Source: an uncultured Methanosarcinales archaeon (GTDB lineage: Archaea > Nanobdellota > Nanobdellia > Woesearchaeales > GW2011-AR9). Taken from it: DNA of 45,651 bases. This document shows, piece by piece, positions 22,032 to 31,610 of the stretch. The stretch covers positions 1-45,651 of the forward strand of contig CAYXEO010000005.1 of assembly GCA_964464055.1 (NCBI GenBank), in the 5' to 3' direction. The translations under genes were made by a program, and so were the position numbers. A model generated the notes under the pieces. It made no database searches. It worked only from the letters and a program-made list of their open reading frames with translations, and was not told the origin of the DNA. The stretch's first letter is position 1, and each line of letters begins with the position of its first letter.

Positions 22032-25000
22032 CCCCCTTCTTCTCATAAACACCTTCAAATAAACCCATTATATTCTCAACAGTCTTCTTACCAACCCCTT
22101 TCAACCCTAATAACTCTTCCTTACTAGCATTGGCCAAATTCTTCACAGTACCAAAATGTTCCAAAAGAAGCCGAGCGGTCTGAATCCCCATGTTGGGTAA
22201 CGAAGATACAAAATACTCTTGTTGCTCTCGTAACGAACGAGGTTTGGTTTGATGTGGAGAAAATGTTTTTGACTCCCTGTTCTGTTCACGCTTAGCCATC
22301 ACTGCCAATAATGCCGCAGTATCTTTTGAGTCTTTGGTATAAAGTACAGGCACCCCAAAATCTAATACTATCGCCGAAAGCATGCCTCTTATCGCATTGG
22401 CATGGACTCTCCGTACTGAATAAATATCCTCCTGCCCTTCAACAATTACCACTGCACTCTCAAAATTTTTCCGTAACTCTTTCAACTGCGAAATTAACCG
22501 ACCATCAACTATCGAGGCCACAAAATCTGACACTTTTTTTAATTCAACAGCCACTTTACCAGAAACTAAATAATCAGCAGATTCAAGTTGAACAGTTTTA
22601 ACAGAAATGTCAAGATTGATAAGTTCCTTGACCACACTATTATTTTTCTCTCGATGATCTGCAAGAACTGCCACAGTAGAATCAGTTATCACAGAAGAAG
22701 ACATAGATGAAGAATCAGTATATTGATCCAAAGTATTTTGACTTCTTTTCTCTTGCTCAATTTTTTCTCTACTTTCTTTCTGAGCAGCCAACTCTAAAAC
22801 TAACCCCTTTTTCAATTTGTCCAAACTAGTATACATCCGTTTTTCTTTGTGATGAGCACTCCACCGATAAGCTTCATCTCTAGTTCCAGCAGTCATGAGA
22901 ATTGTCACTTCGCCACTTTCTAATCGGCCAGTTCTTCCTCGTCGCTGGATTGAACGAATGGCACTAGGGATTGGTTCATAAAAAATAACTTTGTCAACCT
23001 TTGGGATGTCAAGTCCTTCCTCAGCCACAGAATTATGCAATGAAATTAAACCCATCCCCCCTACAAATTTTTGATTTTTCTTCACTTCAATATCATAAAC
23101 AAACTCTGGTTGTTCTTTTAATACTTTAATTTCTTTTATATAATCAAAATGAGTTGGAGGATTCACTTTTTTAATTTTTCTACAGGCATTTTCTCCTTTC
23201 CTAATATTATGATATAAATTACCATAATTATAATATCCTTCTTTATTAATCATTGCTAAAGGTACTAAATCATAATAATTTTTACGAGATATTTTATTTT
23301 TAAATTTTGCAAATGGAAGAGATTCATAAATATTTACCCTATAACAACGATCTTTTCTTAATGTTATTTTTTTAATTCCTAATTGCCTTAACATTAAAAT
23401 TAATCCAGTCGCAAGTTTTCTACTAACAGTAGTCAAAACTATTCTTCCTGTTTTTTTATTAATATAACCATCACCTAAAAAATATGCTTCTAAAAATGCC
23501 CACTTAACAGTTTTACTTGCAGAAAATAAAATGTTTGGCACTTCTTTGTTATAAGACCCAATACCACACCTTAATACAGAATTAACTAAATGAAAAACCA
23601 TTTGAGAAGATATTTTTACACCCCTGTGATTCACAAAAGGAGAAAGAAATAATCCTTTTTTAATAGAGGTTTCCATTTTTTCTTGCATTTTTTTAACTTG
23701 AGCCGCAAGGTATACTTCTGATGTTTTTTCATTTCTTCTGGCGTGACCTTCCGACACATAAAAACCTAAAAAATGAGCCAAATAAGTATTTAATTTTAAA
23801 AATCGAGGCAATGATTGTTTACCATACCAAATGCCCACTTCGATATCAAAAAAATCCCTCAAACAAACAGGACTAAACTCCATCGAGTCTAAATTAATTC
23901 GATATTTACCTTTATGATATGACATGTTATCAAATAACCATTTTAAACTCATAAAGTATTTTTCGCCAACTGTTGTTAAAATATGTTTTTTCTTACTACC
24001 AAAAAAATCATATTTAATAAACCCCTTTTTAACTAATCTTTTAGTTACATTAGTTATTGTACTTAAATCGAGACCAGATAATTTTGCAATATTTGTGTTA
24101 GAATTCGGTTTAGATAAAAAAATACATTTTAACACATTTAAATTGGAAAATAAAACCCTTATTTTAGATTGGTTTAAACCTTTTACTAAACAAAAAAATG
24201 ATGATTTCTCTTTTTTTGTTAATTTATAATTTAATTCGGCAACTAAATCAATCTCTTTAATTGTTTCTTCTTTTGGGACAGAATATAAAAAATTAACAAA
24301 TAAATTTTTTTTAGGTGGTGCAGAAATTAATTTTTTATTTTCATTAAAACTAAATAAACTATGGTCTTCAGTGATGGTACAATTAAAACCAGAACATAAT
24401 TTTACATTGGCCACTTTACTTCTTCTTTTATGTTTGAATACATTTGTTATTGGATAAAAACGTACCTCTTTCAAATCTCCTGTTAAAGCTTGCCAGCCTT
24501 CTAAATTTTTACCAATTAATTGATTTACAAAAAAACCAATCTGTACAATCTCTATTTGGCCACGTGGATTTTTTATAATAACATATTCTTCTGGATGAAC
24601 ACTAGTCGCACATAATGTATTAAATTCTCCTGCTCGGAACTGGTCCAGAACTTCTTTCTGTTTCTTTTGTGAAAAACCCAACCCGTTCTTTTTGGCTTGC
24701 CCAACAAAAATGTGAGTTTTAAAACCCTCCAATTGAGCAACAATTTCTTCCGCCGTGTCACGAAACTGGGTGAAAATTATCACTTTAGCAGATTCATTAG
24801 CCGAAATTTGTTCCTTGATAATTTGTTTTAATTTGATGATTTTTGGATGAGATACTTTCTGTTCCACAATCTCATCAGTCAAATATTGGGCAGATTTAAA
24901 ATTTGGGTCCATCGCTAAATTCTTAATCGCCTTTACTTTAGAAGTTACGGATTCTCGCTGAATTTTGTCCAAATATATTTGTAACGGTTTTAATCCCTGT

Positions 25001-25866
25001 GATTCTAACAACTCTAATGCGTGCTCAACTTTTAACGCCTCCGCAATTAACGAAATTGATTTTAAAACATCATAATCAAGCGCCTCATGTGACGCTTTCC
25101 GTTGCAATTCTCCTTGTAACTTTAACAACTGACCTTTATGTAAAGAAGAACTGTTACAAAAACCTAACGACTGTGCTGCAACCAATTTACTTTTCCGACA
25201 AGTTTGAAGATGTTTTTGGACCTGCTTAAATATCTCTGGAAATTCTACTTTAACCCAGTTCTTTTTAATTTTTTGAACATAGGGCGCCACATCAGGATCT
25301 TTTTCTGTCCGAACTTCCACCTTTTCAATTCTCAAATTACCACACACTTCTTTCACTTTCTCTAAATCGCTCCCTGGCGAAGCGGTAAGAGCCAAAATCC
25401 GAGAATTTGTCACTTTTTCATCATAATGTTTAGCAATCCAAACATAAGAATATTCTCCTGTAGCATGATGAGCCTCATCAAAAACAAGCGCAGAAACATC
25501 TTGCAAATTAACCCTCTTATTAATTATGTCATTCTCAAGTCCTTGTGGAGTACTAACGATTATTTGTGCTTCTTTCCACATCTCTGCCCGCTTATCCGGT
25601 TTGATACTTCCTGTAAAAAGAACTATCTTTTCAAAATCCATGTCTAAATGCTTCCGGAACGAATCAACATGCTGTTCACAAAGCGGTTTGGTCGGTGCTA
25701 ACATCAAAATCTTACTTGTGGGATACAACCTTAACCGTTGAGCAGCTAAAAGAAACGCCAGTGCCGTCTTTCCTAAACCAGTAGGTAACACAACTAAAGT
25801 GTGGTTTTTAACAATAGTGCCTAAAATGGTCTGTTGATATATCCTTGGTGTGAATTCCCTAATCAT
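22021..25866 (-). CDS. hef: Hef (FANCM/XPF-like DEAH helicase + ERCC4 nuclease) with intein
   Basis: PTGLGKT, DEAH, LTASPG, QRRGRTGR, ELKKVSDF, C-terminal HhH. Confidence 0.93.
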   Translation of the reverse strand: MIREFTPRIYQQTILGTIVKNHTLVVLPTGLGKTALAFLLAAQRLRLYPTSKILMLAPTKPLCEQHVDSFRKHLDMDFEKIVLFTGSIKPDKRAEMWKEAQIIVSTPQGLENDIINKRVNLQDVSALVFDEAHHATGEYSYVWIAKHYDEKVTNSRILALTASPGSDLEKVKEVCGNLRIEKVEVRTEKDPDVAPYVQKIKKNWVKVEFPEIFKQVQKHLQTCRKSKLVAAQSLGFCNSSSLHKGQLLKLQGELQRKASHEALDYDVLKSISLIAEALKVEHALELLESQGLKPLQIYLDKIQRESVTSKVKAIKNLAMDPNFKSAQYLTDEIVEQKVSHPKIIKLKQIIKEQISANESAKVIIFTQFRDTAEEIVAQLEGFKTHIFVGQAKKNGLGFSQKKQKEVLDQFRAGEFNTLCATSVHPEEYVIIKNPRGQIEIVQIGFFVNQLIGKNLEGWQALTGDLKEVRFYPITNVFKHKRRSKVANVKLCSGFNCTITEDHSLFSFNENKKLISAPPKKNLFVNFLYSVPKEETIKEIDLVAELNYKLTKKEKSSFFCLVKGLNQSKIRVLFSNLNVLKCIFLSKPNSNTNIAKLSGLDLSTITNVTKRLVKKGFIKYDFFGSKKKHILTTVGEKYFMSLKWLFDNMSYHKGKYRINLDSMEFSPVCLRDFFDIEVGIWYGKQSLPRFLKLNTYLAHFLGFYVSEGHARRNEKTSEVYLAAQVKKMQEKMETSIKKGLFLSPFVNHRGVKISSQMVFHLVNSVLRCGIGSYNKEVPNILFSASKTVKWAFLEAYFLGDGYINKKTGRIVLTTVSRKLATGLILMLRQLGIKKITLRKDRCYRVNIYESLPFAKFKNKISRKNYYDLVPLAMINKEGYYNYGNLYHNIRKGENACRKIKKVNPPTHFDYIKEIKVLKEQPEFVYDIEVKKNQKFVGGMGLISLHNSVAEEGLDIPKVDKVIFYEPIPSAIRSIQRRGRTGRLESGEVTILMTAGTRDEAYRWSAHHKEKRMYTSLDKLKKGLVLELAAQKESREKIEQEKRSQNTLDQYTDSSSMSSSVITDSTVAVLADHREKNNSVVKELINLDISVKTVQLESADYLVSGKVAVELKKVSDFVASIVDGRLISQLKELRKNFESAVVIVEGQEDIYSVRRVHANAIRGMLSAIVLDFGVPVLYTKDSKDTAALLAVMAKREQNRESKTFSPHQTKPRSLREQQEYFVSSLPNMGIQTARLLLEHFGTVKNLANASKEELLGLKGVGKKTVENIMGLFEGVYEKKGDEK
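23032..24603 (-). mobile_element. Intein (Ser1) with LAGLIDADG endonuclease in Hef
   Basis: CAT|SVHPEE start, TEDHS block B, LGFYVSEG, FLEAYFLGDG, SLHN|SVAEEG end. Confidence 0.92.
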
Positions 25867-26723
25867 TTTAATTTCTCCATGATGTTGAACGATTCTGGTT
25901 TAAATTTTGAAAACGCGAACCACTTTTTACCAAGGTCTTTTAATGATGCCCCAATATGAAAAATATCTTCACCATCAATAATCAAGAATCGATCATGGGC
26001 ATCTTTAAATTCCTTAATTTCAATTTTTTGATATTGAGAGTTATATTTATTTAGGTCCAATTTTATTTGTTTTGTAATCTGTTTTGTGTAAATTGTTACT
26101 TTTACTCCTTTATTTCGCTTACTAAACAAAGTCAAAATCGTATCATCAATGTAATTATCTACAAGAATAATTGATTTTTTAGCAGAACGAACTATATCAG
26201 AAACAAAGGTGTAAGCATCAAATACTTGTCCATTAAAAAAAATTCCCTTACCAGGCGGTTTTGTTTCTAAAGCGTTAAAAACTTCCTTAAATTTGTTATC
26301 GTATTCCAAAAGTTTCTGTTCAGTCCTATCAATTCTCTGAAATAATTCTACATTTTTTGAAATAAACTTTCGCATTTGTACAAAAGCACGCATTATTTGA
26401 ATATTAATCTCAATAGCTTTATCACTATTAAGAATATTAGAAAGATTTGCAACTCCTTGTTCTGTGAATGCAAATGGTAAAGAACCGCCAAGGTGTTGTT
26501 TAGAAGGTATCACATTTTGTGACACCATAATTTCAATCTCATTTTTAGTTAAAATGAACATAAAATCAAAAGGAAATCTCTTCTTATTTCGATTTACTGC
26601 TTGTTTTAATACCCTTGTTTCAACACCATACAACTTTGCCAAATCTCGATCTAATATCACCTGTTGATTTCTAATATTATGTATTTTATCCTTGATACCA
26701 TTAACCAGACTCGTCTTTTCCAT
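25863..26723 (-). CDS. ORF6N domain protein with C-terminal PLD-like domain
   Basis: LDRDLAKLYGVET..RNKKRFP.DFMF.L, AFTEQGV, HDRFLIID, HIGASLKDLG; 4-nt overlap with hef. Confidence 0.88.
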   Translation of the reverse strand: MEKTSLVNGIKDKIHNIRNQQVILDRDLAKLYGVETRVLKQAVNRNKKRFPFDFMFILTKNEIEIMVSQNVIPSKQHLGGSLPFAFTEQGVANLSNILNSDKAIEINIQIMRAFVQMRKFISKNVELFQRIDRTEQKLLEYDNKFKEVFNALETKPPGKGIFFNGQVFDAYTFVSDIVRSAKKSIILVDNYIDDTILTLFSKRNKGVKVTIYTKQITKQIKLDLNKYNSQYQKIEIKEFKDAHDRFLIIDGEDIFHIGASLKDLGKKWFAFSKFKPESFNIMEKLK

Positions 26724-26743
26724 ATAATACTAAATAGAATAGT

Positions 26744-26811
26744 GGTTTAAATAGCTTGTCCAGACTTGTCCGCGTGTCCAGTGCTATATTTATATATAAT
26801 GAATGCAAAAA
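26744..26811 (-). promoter_or_regulatory. Repeated promoter/operator element, copy 1
   Basis: 58/69 identical to 40305-40373; TATA box 22 nt before the ATG. Confidence 0.8.
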
Positions 26812-26875
26812 TAAACATTTAGAATTGTTAATTAAAAAAAATCTAAAATATAATTAGAAATAAAAAAATAAAAAA

Positions 26876-27202
26876 CTAATTTTTCTTAACAGCTTCTTTC
26901 TTAACTTCCTTTTTAACTTCTTTTTTCTGAACGCCAAAAAGGTCAGCATTAACTTCGCCGTCTTTGTTCTTAGTTACAGTTACTTTAACATGATGTGGTG
27001 GGTTTTTGATACCGTGCTTCCACACTTCTTCATTAAGTTCTTTACTTAACTTAACATTATCAGATTTCATATGTTTAACTAAAAACTCTCTTAATGTAGT
27101 AACCGCTTTCTTAGTTTTTCTCCAACGAGGAACTTTCCGAAATTCTTTTCGCAGAGGAACGTTATATGTTCTTTCAATGATACTTGTTTCTTTCTTAGCC
27201 AT
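26876..27202 (-). CDS. rpl31e: Ribosomal protein L31e
   Basis: ERTYNVPLR, LNEEVWKHGIKNPP. Confidence 0.95.
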   Translation of the reverse strand: MAKKETSIIERTYNVPLRKEFRKVPRWRKTKKAVTTLREFLVKHMKSDNVKLSKELNEEVWKHGIKNPPHHVKVTVTKNKDGEVNADLFGVQKKEVKKEVKKEAVKKN

Positions 27203-27219
27203 TTTCTTATTTCCCCCAA

Positions 27220-27393
27220 TTATGCGTTAGTATTTCCTCGTCTCCAGGATCGTTTAACTTCTGTATGCCTGGAAGGATGAACTTTTTTACCCTTGCCATA
27301 AATTTTAAAAACTGTCCAGAATGGCGCCCATTTGGTTTGCCCTGCTAACTTGATTAATCGCTTTTTCCGAGATGGATGTTTGTTAGTAGCCAT
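27220..27393 (-). CDS. rpl39e: Ribosomal protein L39e (absent from ORF track, 57 aa)
   Basis: MATNKHPSRKKRLIK..WAPFW..KRSWRRG; lies between S19e and L31e. Confidence 0.88.
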   Translation of the reverse strand: MATNKHPSRKKRLIKLAGQTKWAPFWTVFKIYGKGKKVHPSRHTEVKRSWRRGNTNA

Positions 27394-27395
27394 TT

Positions 27396-27854
27396 TTATT
27401 GACCCCCCTTCTTACGTTCTACTGTTGCTTCTTTAGCAATCTGTACAGCGATTTTGTCAAGTAATGAAACACCTTTCGGAGTTAAGATTCTTCCTTTGTG
27501 AACTCCTTTCTCAACTTGTTTAACCAATTCAGATTTCTCAAGTTGTTGTAAGATTTTTCTTAGAATTGAACCTGATGCTTTATAGAATCGTTCAGGCTTA
27601 TGGCCACGGTTCTTTTTTCCACCATATTTATTTCTTAATTTTTGTGTTCCAATCGGACCCAACTTAGCAACTGATCTTAAAATTGCTGCAGATCTGTAGT
27701 ACCACCAATCTTCGTGATCTGGTAACCGGTCTTTATGGTGGCCAGTTTTAACAAATTCACTCCATTCAGTAGGTTCTACTAATTTTTCTTTTTTCAGCTT
27801 CTCAGCTGCCCTATTGATTAACTCGTTAGGGTTTACAATTAGTATATGTGTCAT
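27396..27854 (-). CDS. rps19e: Ribosomal protein S19e
   Basis: WSEFVKTG, DWWYYRSAAILR, YGGKKNRG. Confidence 0.96.
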   Translation of the reverse strand: MTHILIVNPNELINRAAEKLKKEKLVEPTEWSEFVKTGHHKDRLPDHEDWWYYRSAAILRSVAKLGPIGTQKLRNKYGGKKNRGHKPERFYKASGSILRKILQQLEKSELVKQVEKGVHKGRILTPKGVSLLDKIAVQIAKEATVERKKGGQ

Positions 27855-27963
27855 TTTAAGTACAATTTAGAGAGTTTGTTTATAAAAGTTTCCCGAAAAT
27901 AGGTGTATTTTTAGTGTACAAAAGGGGAGTATTTATATATTACAATTAATTAATCATTAAAAG

Positions 27964-28860
27964 ATGGATGTTAAAAAAATAGGCGTAATTAGTATTGTAT
28001 TAGTTGTTTTGTTATTTTTTTCTGGTTCTGTTTTTGCAGAACTAAATAATCCTTTTTCTACAAAGGATAATTATCATGAAGAAAGTAGCGGAGATTATTC
28101 TACCGCCATGGGGATGTTAGAATCTTTGGGTTACGACGGAGATGCTTCAGGTTTGAAAACATTTCAAAATGACCATGGATCCGAAATAAACAATTATCGG
28201 TCAGGAGTTAATTATGAAACAATTACACCCGCTAATGATGGCAAACTTGGGTACGGCACTATTGAAGCACTTAATAATAAATGGTCGCTCCAAAAAGAAA
28301 AAGAACGAAAACAAAAAAGAGAAGAAAATTTAGCAAAAAAAACAGAAACGCACAAAAATGAAAAAATTAATTTTGGTGGTAGCGATAATAGCTGGTTTGG
28401 AAAAGTTGTTGGTTTTATCACTTACTTTGGAAGTTTAGAATTTCTTTTTGGACATACAATGGATGGTAAATTATGCGGTTTTATTAGAATTGCTTTAGCC
28501 ATCATGATTTTTTCAATACTTTACATGGCACTTGGCGCACTTAACAATGCCACAGGCGGAGAATCTATACCAAAAAATATTGCCATTACTATTTCTACCG
28601 TTATGTCCATTATAACTGCAATTTTTATCCCTTGTTCAGTTATGTTTGGATTCGGTGGAACTTATGCGACTTTATTTTCACTAATTATTATTGGCGGGCC
28701 AATGGTAGGAATTGGTTGGCTCATATTTGGAACTCCAACAGAAAGTAGAGGTGTAGCGGCCATGAAATTATTTGGAATATTATTGTTATGGTGGTTAATA
28801 AGTCAAATTAACACTTGGGCAATAAAATTATCAGACGGGGCATTAGTTTCCCTGATTTAA
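27964..28860 (+). CDS. Membrane protein A1: signal peptide, PG-binding-like segment, 4-TM module
   Basis: LKTFQ..DGKLGYGTIEAL; C-terminus paralogous to A2/A3. Confidence 0.8.
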   Translation: MDVKKIGVISIVLVVLLFFSGSVFAELNNPFSTKDNYHEESSGDYSTAMGMLESLGYDGDASGLKTFQNDHGSEINNYRSGVNYETITPANDGKLGYGTIEALNNKWSLQKEKERKQKREENLAKKTETHKNEKINFGGSDNSWFGKVVGFITYFGSLEFLFGHTMDGKLCGFIRIALAIMIFSILYMALGALNNATGGESIPKNIAITISTVMSIITAIFIPCSVMFGFGGTYATLFSLIIIGGPMVGIGWLIFGTPTESRGVAAMKLFGILLLWWLISQINTWAIKLSDGALVSLI

Positions 28861-28890
28861 ATAAAAAATGAAAAAAGGTGAATTTAAAAA

Positions 28891-29433
28891 ATGAAAAAAG
28901 GAATAACATTAATGATTTTTATTCTCAGTCTTCTAATGATCTCTTCTGTCACTGCAGGAATTGGAGAGATACTTAGTGGCGCATGGGACACAATACTTAA
29001 CATTGGCAGTTTAGAGATTTTTGATGGTACTGCTGATAGTCAATTTTTCGGATTTATTAGAATCGCAATAGGGATAATGATTTTTTCCATACTTTATATG
29101 GCTTTAGGCGCAGTAAACAATGCTACCGGCGGAGAATCAGTTCCAAAAAATATTGCCATTACAATTTCTGTCATCATGGCGATAATTACTGCAATTTTTA
29201 TTCCTGCTTCTGTACTTGCAGGGTTCGGAGGAACTTATGCAGTTTTATTTTCACTAATAATTATTGGTGGGCCAATGGTAGGAATTGGTTGGCTCATATT
29301 TGGAACTCCAACAGAAAGTAGAGGTGTAGCGGCCATGAAATTATTTGGAATATTATTGTTATGGTGGTTAATAAGTCAAATTAACACTTGGGCAATAAAA
29401 TTATCAGAAGGGGCATTAGTTTCCCTGATTTAA
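28891..29433 (+). CDS. Membrane protein A2 (4-TM module)
   Basis: Near-identical C-terminus to A1. Confidence 0.85.
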   Translation: MKKGITLMIFILSLLMISSVTAGIGEILSGAWDTILNIGSLEIFDGTADSQFFGFIRIAIGIMIFSILYMALGAVNNATGGESVPKNIAITISVIMAIITAIFIPASVLAGFGGTYAVLFSLIIIGGPMVGIGWLIFGTPTESRGVAAMKLFGILLLWWLISQINTWAIKLSEGALVSLI

Positions 29434-29448
29434 GAGGTACAATTAAAA

Positions 29449-30255
29449 ATGGCATTAGAAAATTTTACAGGAATGATTAATGAAGTAGTAGGATGGGCAC
29501 ACTTTGTTTTAGCAGGTGTAGCAATATACTTCTTATATCTTACTATTATGGGCACAGAGAAAAAAGAATCAGGTGGTAGCTGGGGTGCAAGTGGTGATGC
29601 AGTAGATAAAGTCAAAGGTTGGTTTAGTGGACTTGGTGGTAAAAAGGACGACGAACCAAAAACCCCTGAAGAAAAAATTAAAGAAGAAAAAGATACTAAA
29701 AAAGAAAAAAAGGCAGAAGAAAAAGCAACTAAAACAACTAAAAAAGAAGAAGAATTTGCTTTAAGAGAATATAAAGAATTAATAGAGACTAAAAAATTAC
29801 TAGATAGCAACGACCCAAAACAAATTTATCAAGCAGCCAAGAAAAAAAAAATACTAAATAGAATCACTAGGAGGTTAAATCGGTTTTGGAAAAGGTCATT
29901 AAGAAGTTTTAAAAAATTAAAAGACACTCCGCAAAGTAAAGAAGCTAAGAAATTAAGTGAAAATAATAAGATATATTTTCAAAAACTGATGGTGTTGTTA
30001 GAACAAAATTTCCATGTAGCATCAAATAACATGTTGGACACTATTGACAAAAATGGTTTATTGAAAAAAAGTAAGAAGAAACCAGAAGGAAACATAGCAA
30101 ATTTCTATAACGCCCATCTCAACAAAATGAAGAAAGCTATAGATGACGCAATTAAATGGGACAAAGCTTTTGTTGCCAACATTAGAAAGTTAGAAAAAAT
30201 GGTTGAAGAAATCGAGAAAAATACTAAAACAAAGAATCGTGGAGGTTCAGCTTAA
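29449..30255 (+). CDS. Single-TM Lys-rich helical protein B1
   Basis: GAGGT RBS; N-terminus similar to B2. Confidence 0.8.
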   Translation: MALENFTGMINEVVGWAHFVLAGVAIYFLYLTIMGTEKKESGGSWGASGDAVDKVKGWFSGLGGKKDDEPKTPEEKIKEEKDTKKEKKAEEKATKTTKKEEEFALREYKELIETKKLLDSNDPKQIYQAAKKKKILNRITRRLNRFWKRSLRSFKKLKDTPQSKEAKKLSENNKIYFQKLMVLLEQNFHVASNNMLDTIDKNGLLKKSKKKPEGNIANFYNAHLNKMKKAIDDAIKWDKAFVANIRKLEKMVEEIEKNTKTKNRGGSA

Positions 30256-30347
30256 AATTTATTCCATCTAACTTTTTTATTTTTTTATTCTTTTCTAACT
30301 ATCCACACAACGAAATATATATAAACCCTAAAACAATTCTATAGCAC

Positions 30348-30881
30348 ATGAAAAAGAAGGCGTTACTGTTCCCATTAATTTCATTGTTAGCTATACCATT
30401 TGCATTAGCGGACATTTCTAATACTTTGTACAGCGTCTGGTGGAAAATACTTTCTCTTGGAAACCTTAGTTTTTTAGAGATGTCAGATGGTTCTATCGTA
30501 TCTGCATTTGTTAGGTTAATGATCTGGCTTTTGATGTTTACACTTTTTTTCGCAGTTATCAGAGGGAACAAAGACACTGCTCCGATGAAATATTTTACTA
30601 AAGGACAAACTATGGTTGTAGCTGCAATCATTGCCACCATTTCTGCTGTTTTCATGCCTTCAGATGTGTTAATGGCAACAGGAGGAACCTGGGCAACCAT
30701 TATCTCTTTAATTCTTATCGGTGGACCAATTATAGGGTTAGGTTATTTACTAACTAAAATCCCTGGAGAAGGAGAAGAAACTAGAGGAACGGTTTTACTT
30801 AAAATTGCTATTTGTTTTATACTCTTATGGATATTAACGGCTATGAAATATCATTTAGGCGGTTTAGGAGGTTATTATTAA
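30348..30881 (+). CDS. Membrane protein A3 (divergent paralog)
   Basis: F.P...GGT.A...SLI.IGGP..G.G, E.RG motifs shared with A1/A2. Confidence 0.85.
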   Translation: MKKKALLFPLISLLAIPFALADISNTLYSVWWKILSLGNLSFLEMSDGSIVSAFVRLMIWLLMFTLFFAVIRGNKDTAPMKYFTKGQTMVVAAIIATISAVFMPSDVLMATGGTWATIISLILIGGPIIGLGYLLTKIPGEGEETRGTVLLKIAICFILLWILTAMKYHLGGLGGYY

Positions 30882-30882
30882 A

Positions 30883-31599
30883 ATGTCACTCAGTCCATTT
30901 TTAGGTAACGTGTTTGAATTTGTTGACTTTGCTATGGGAGCAGTAGTAATATTAATTATCTGGTATGTTATCAAATTCTTTCTAATAGGTAAAAGTAAAG
31001 AAAGCAGTGATGATGATAGTTGGGCAAAAACAGGTGGTGGCCTAGCTGATTATATTAAAGGAAAACAAAAAAAAGCTAAAAGAGAAAAAGAAGAAAAGAA
31101 TGAAGAAGAGAAAGAGAAAGCTAAAATTACCAAAAGAAGAAAATTATTAGAACCAGCTAAAGGATTTATTATCAAGGTTGAACAAGCAGCAGAAAAACTT
31201 AAAGATGACGAACTAAGTAAAAAAACTGCCCACGCGGTTAGAAATGCTAAAATACAAGAAAACAAAATAAAAAATAACCTTAAAAGCGCTAAAAGAAATC
31301 TTTATGTAGCAAAATCAAGTGAAACAAAAAAATTAAAAAAATACCTTCATGAATTATACACACAGTCAGAAGTCATCATTAAAATGTTTAATGATAATAT
31401 AAAAAACAAAATCCCTGACGAAACATTAAGCGACACCAATTGGAATTCCCAAGTATCACACATAAAAAATCATGCCAACCAAATCAAAGGTATGTGTGGT
31501 CACTTAATTAATTCTATTGACAAATTTATTGATGAAGATAAAATGGAACTGTCCACCGGACATAAACCTGGTTACCCAATTAGACCTGGTTATCCTTAA
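30883..31599 (+). CDS. Single-TM Lys-rich helical protein B2
   Basis: GGAGG RBS; helical domain homologous to the N-half of the next gene. Confidence 0.8.
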   Translation: MSLSPFLGNVFEFVDFAMGAVVILIIWYVIKFFLIGKSKESSDDDSWAKTGGGLADYIKGKQKKAKREKEEKNEEEKEKAKITKRRKLLEPAKGFIIKVEQAAEKLKDDELSKKTAHAVRNAKIQENKIKNNLKSAKRNLYVAKSSETKKLKKYLHELYTQSEVIIKMFNDNIKNKIPDETLSDTNWNSQVSHIKNHANQIKGMCGHLINSIDKFIDEDKMELSTGHKPGYPIRPGYP

Positions 31600-31610
31600 T
31601 TTGATTTAAA

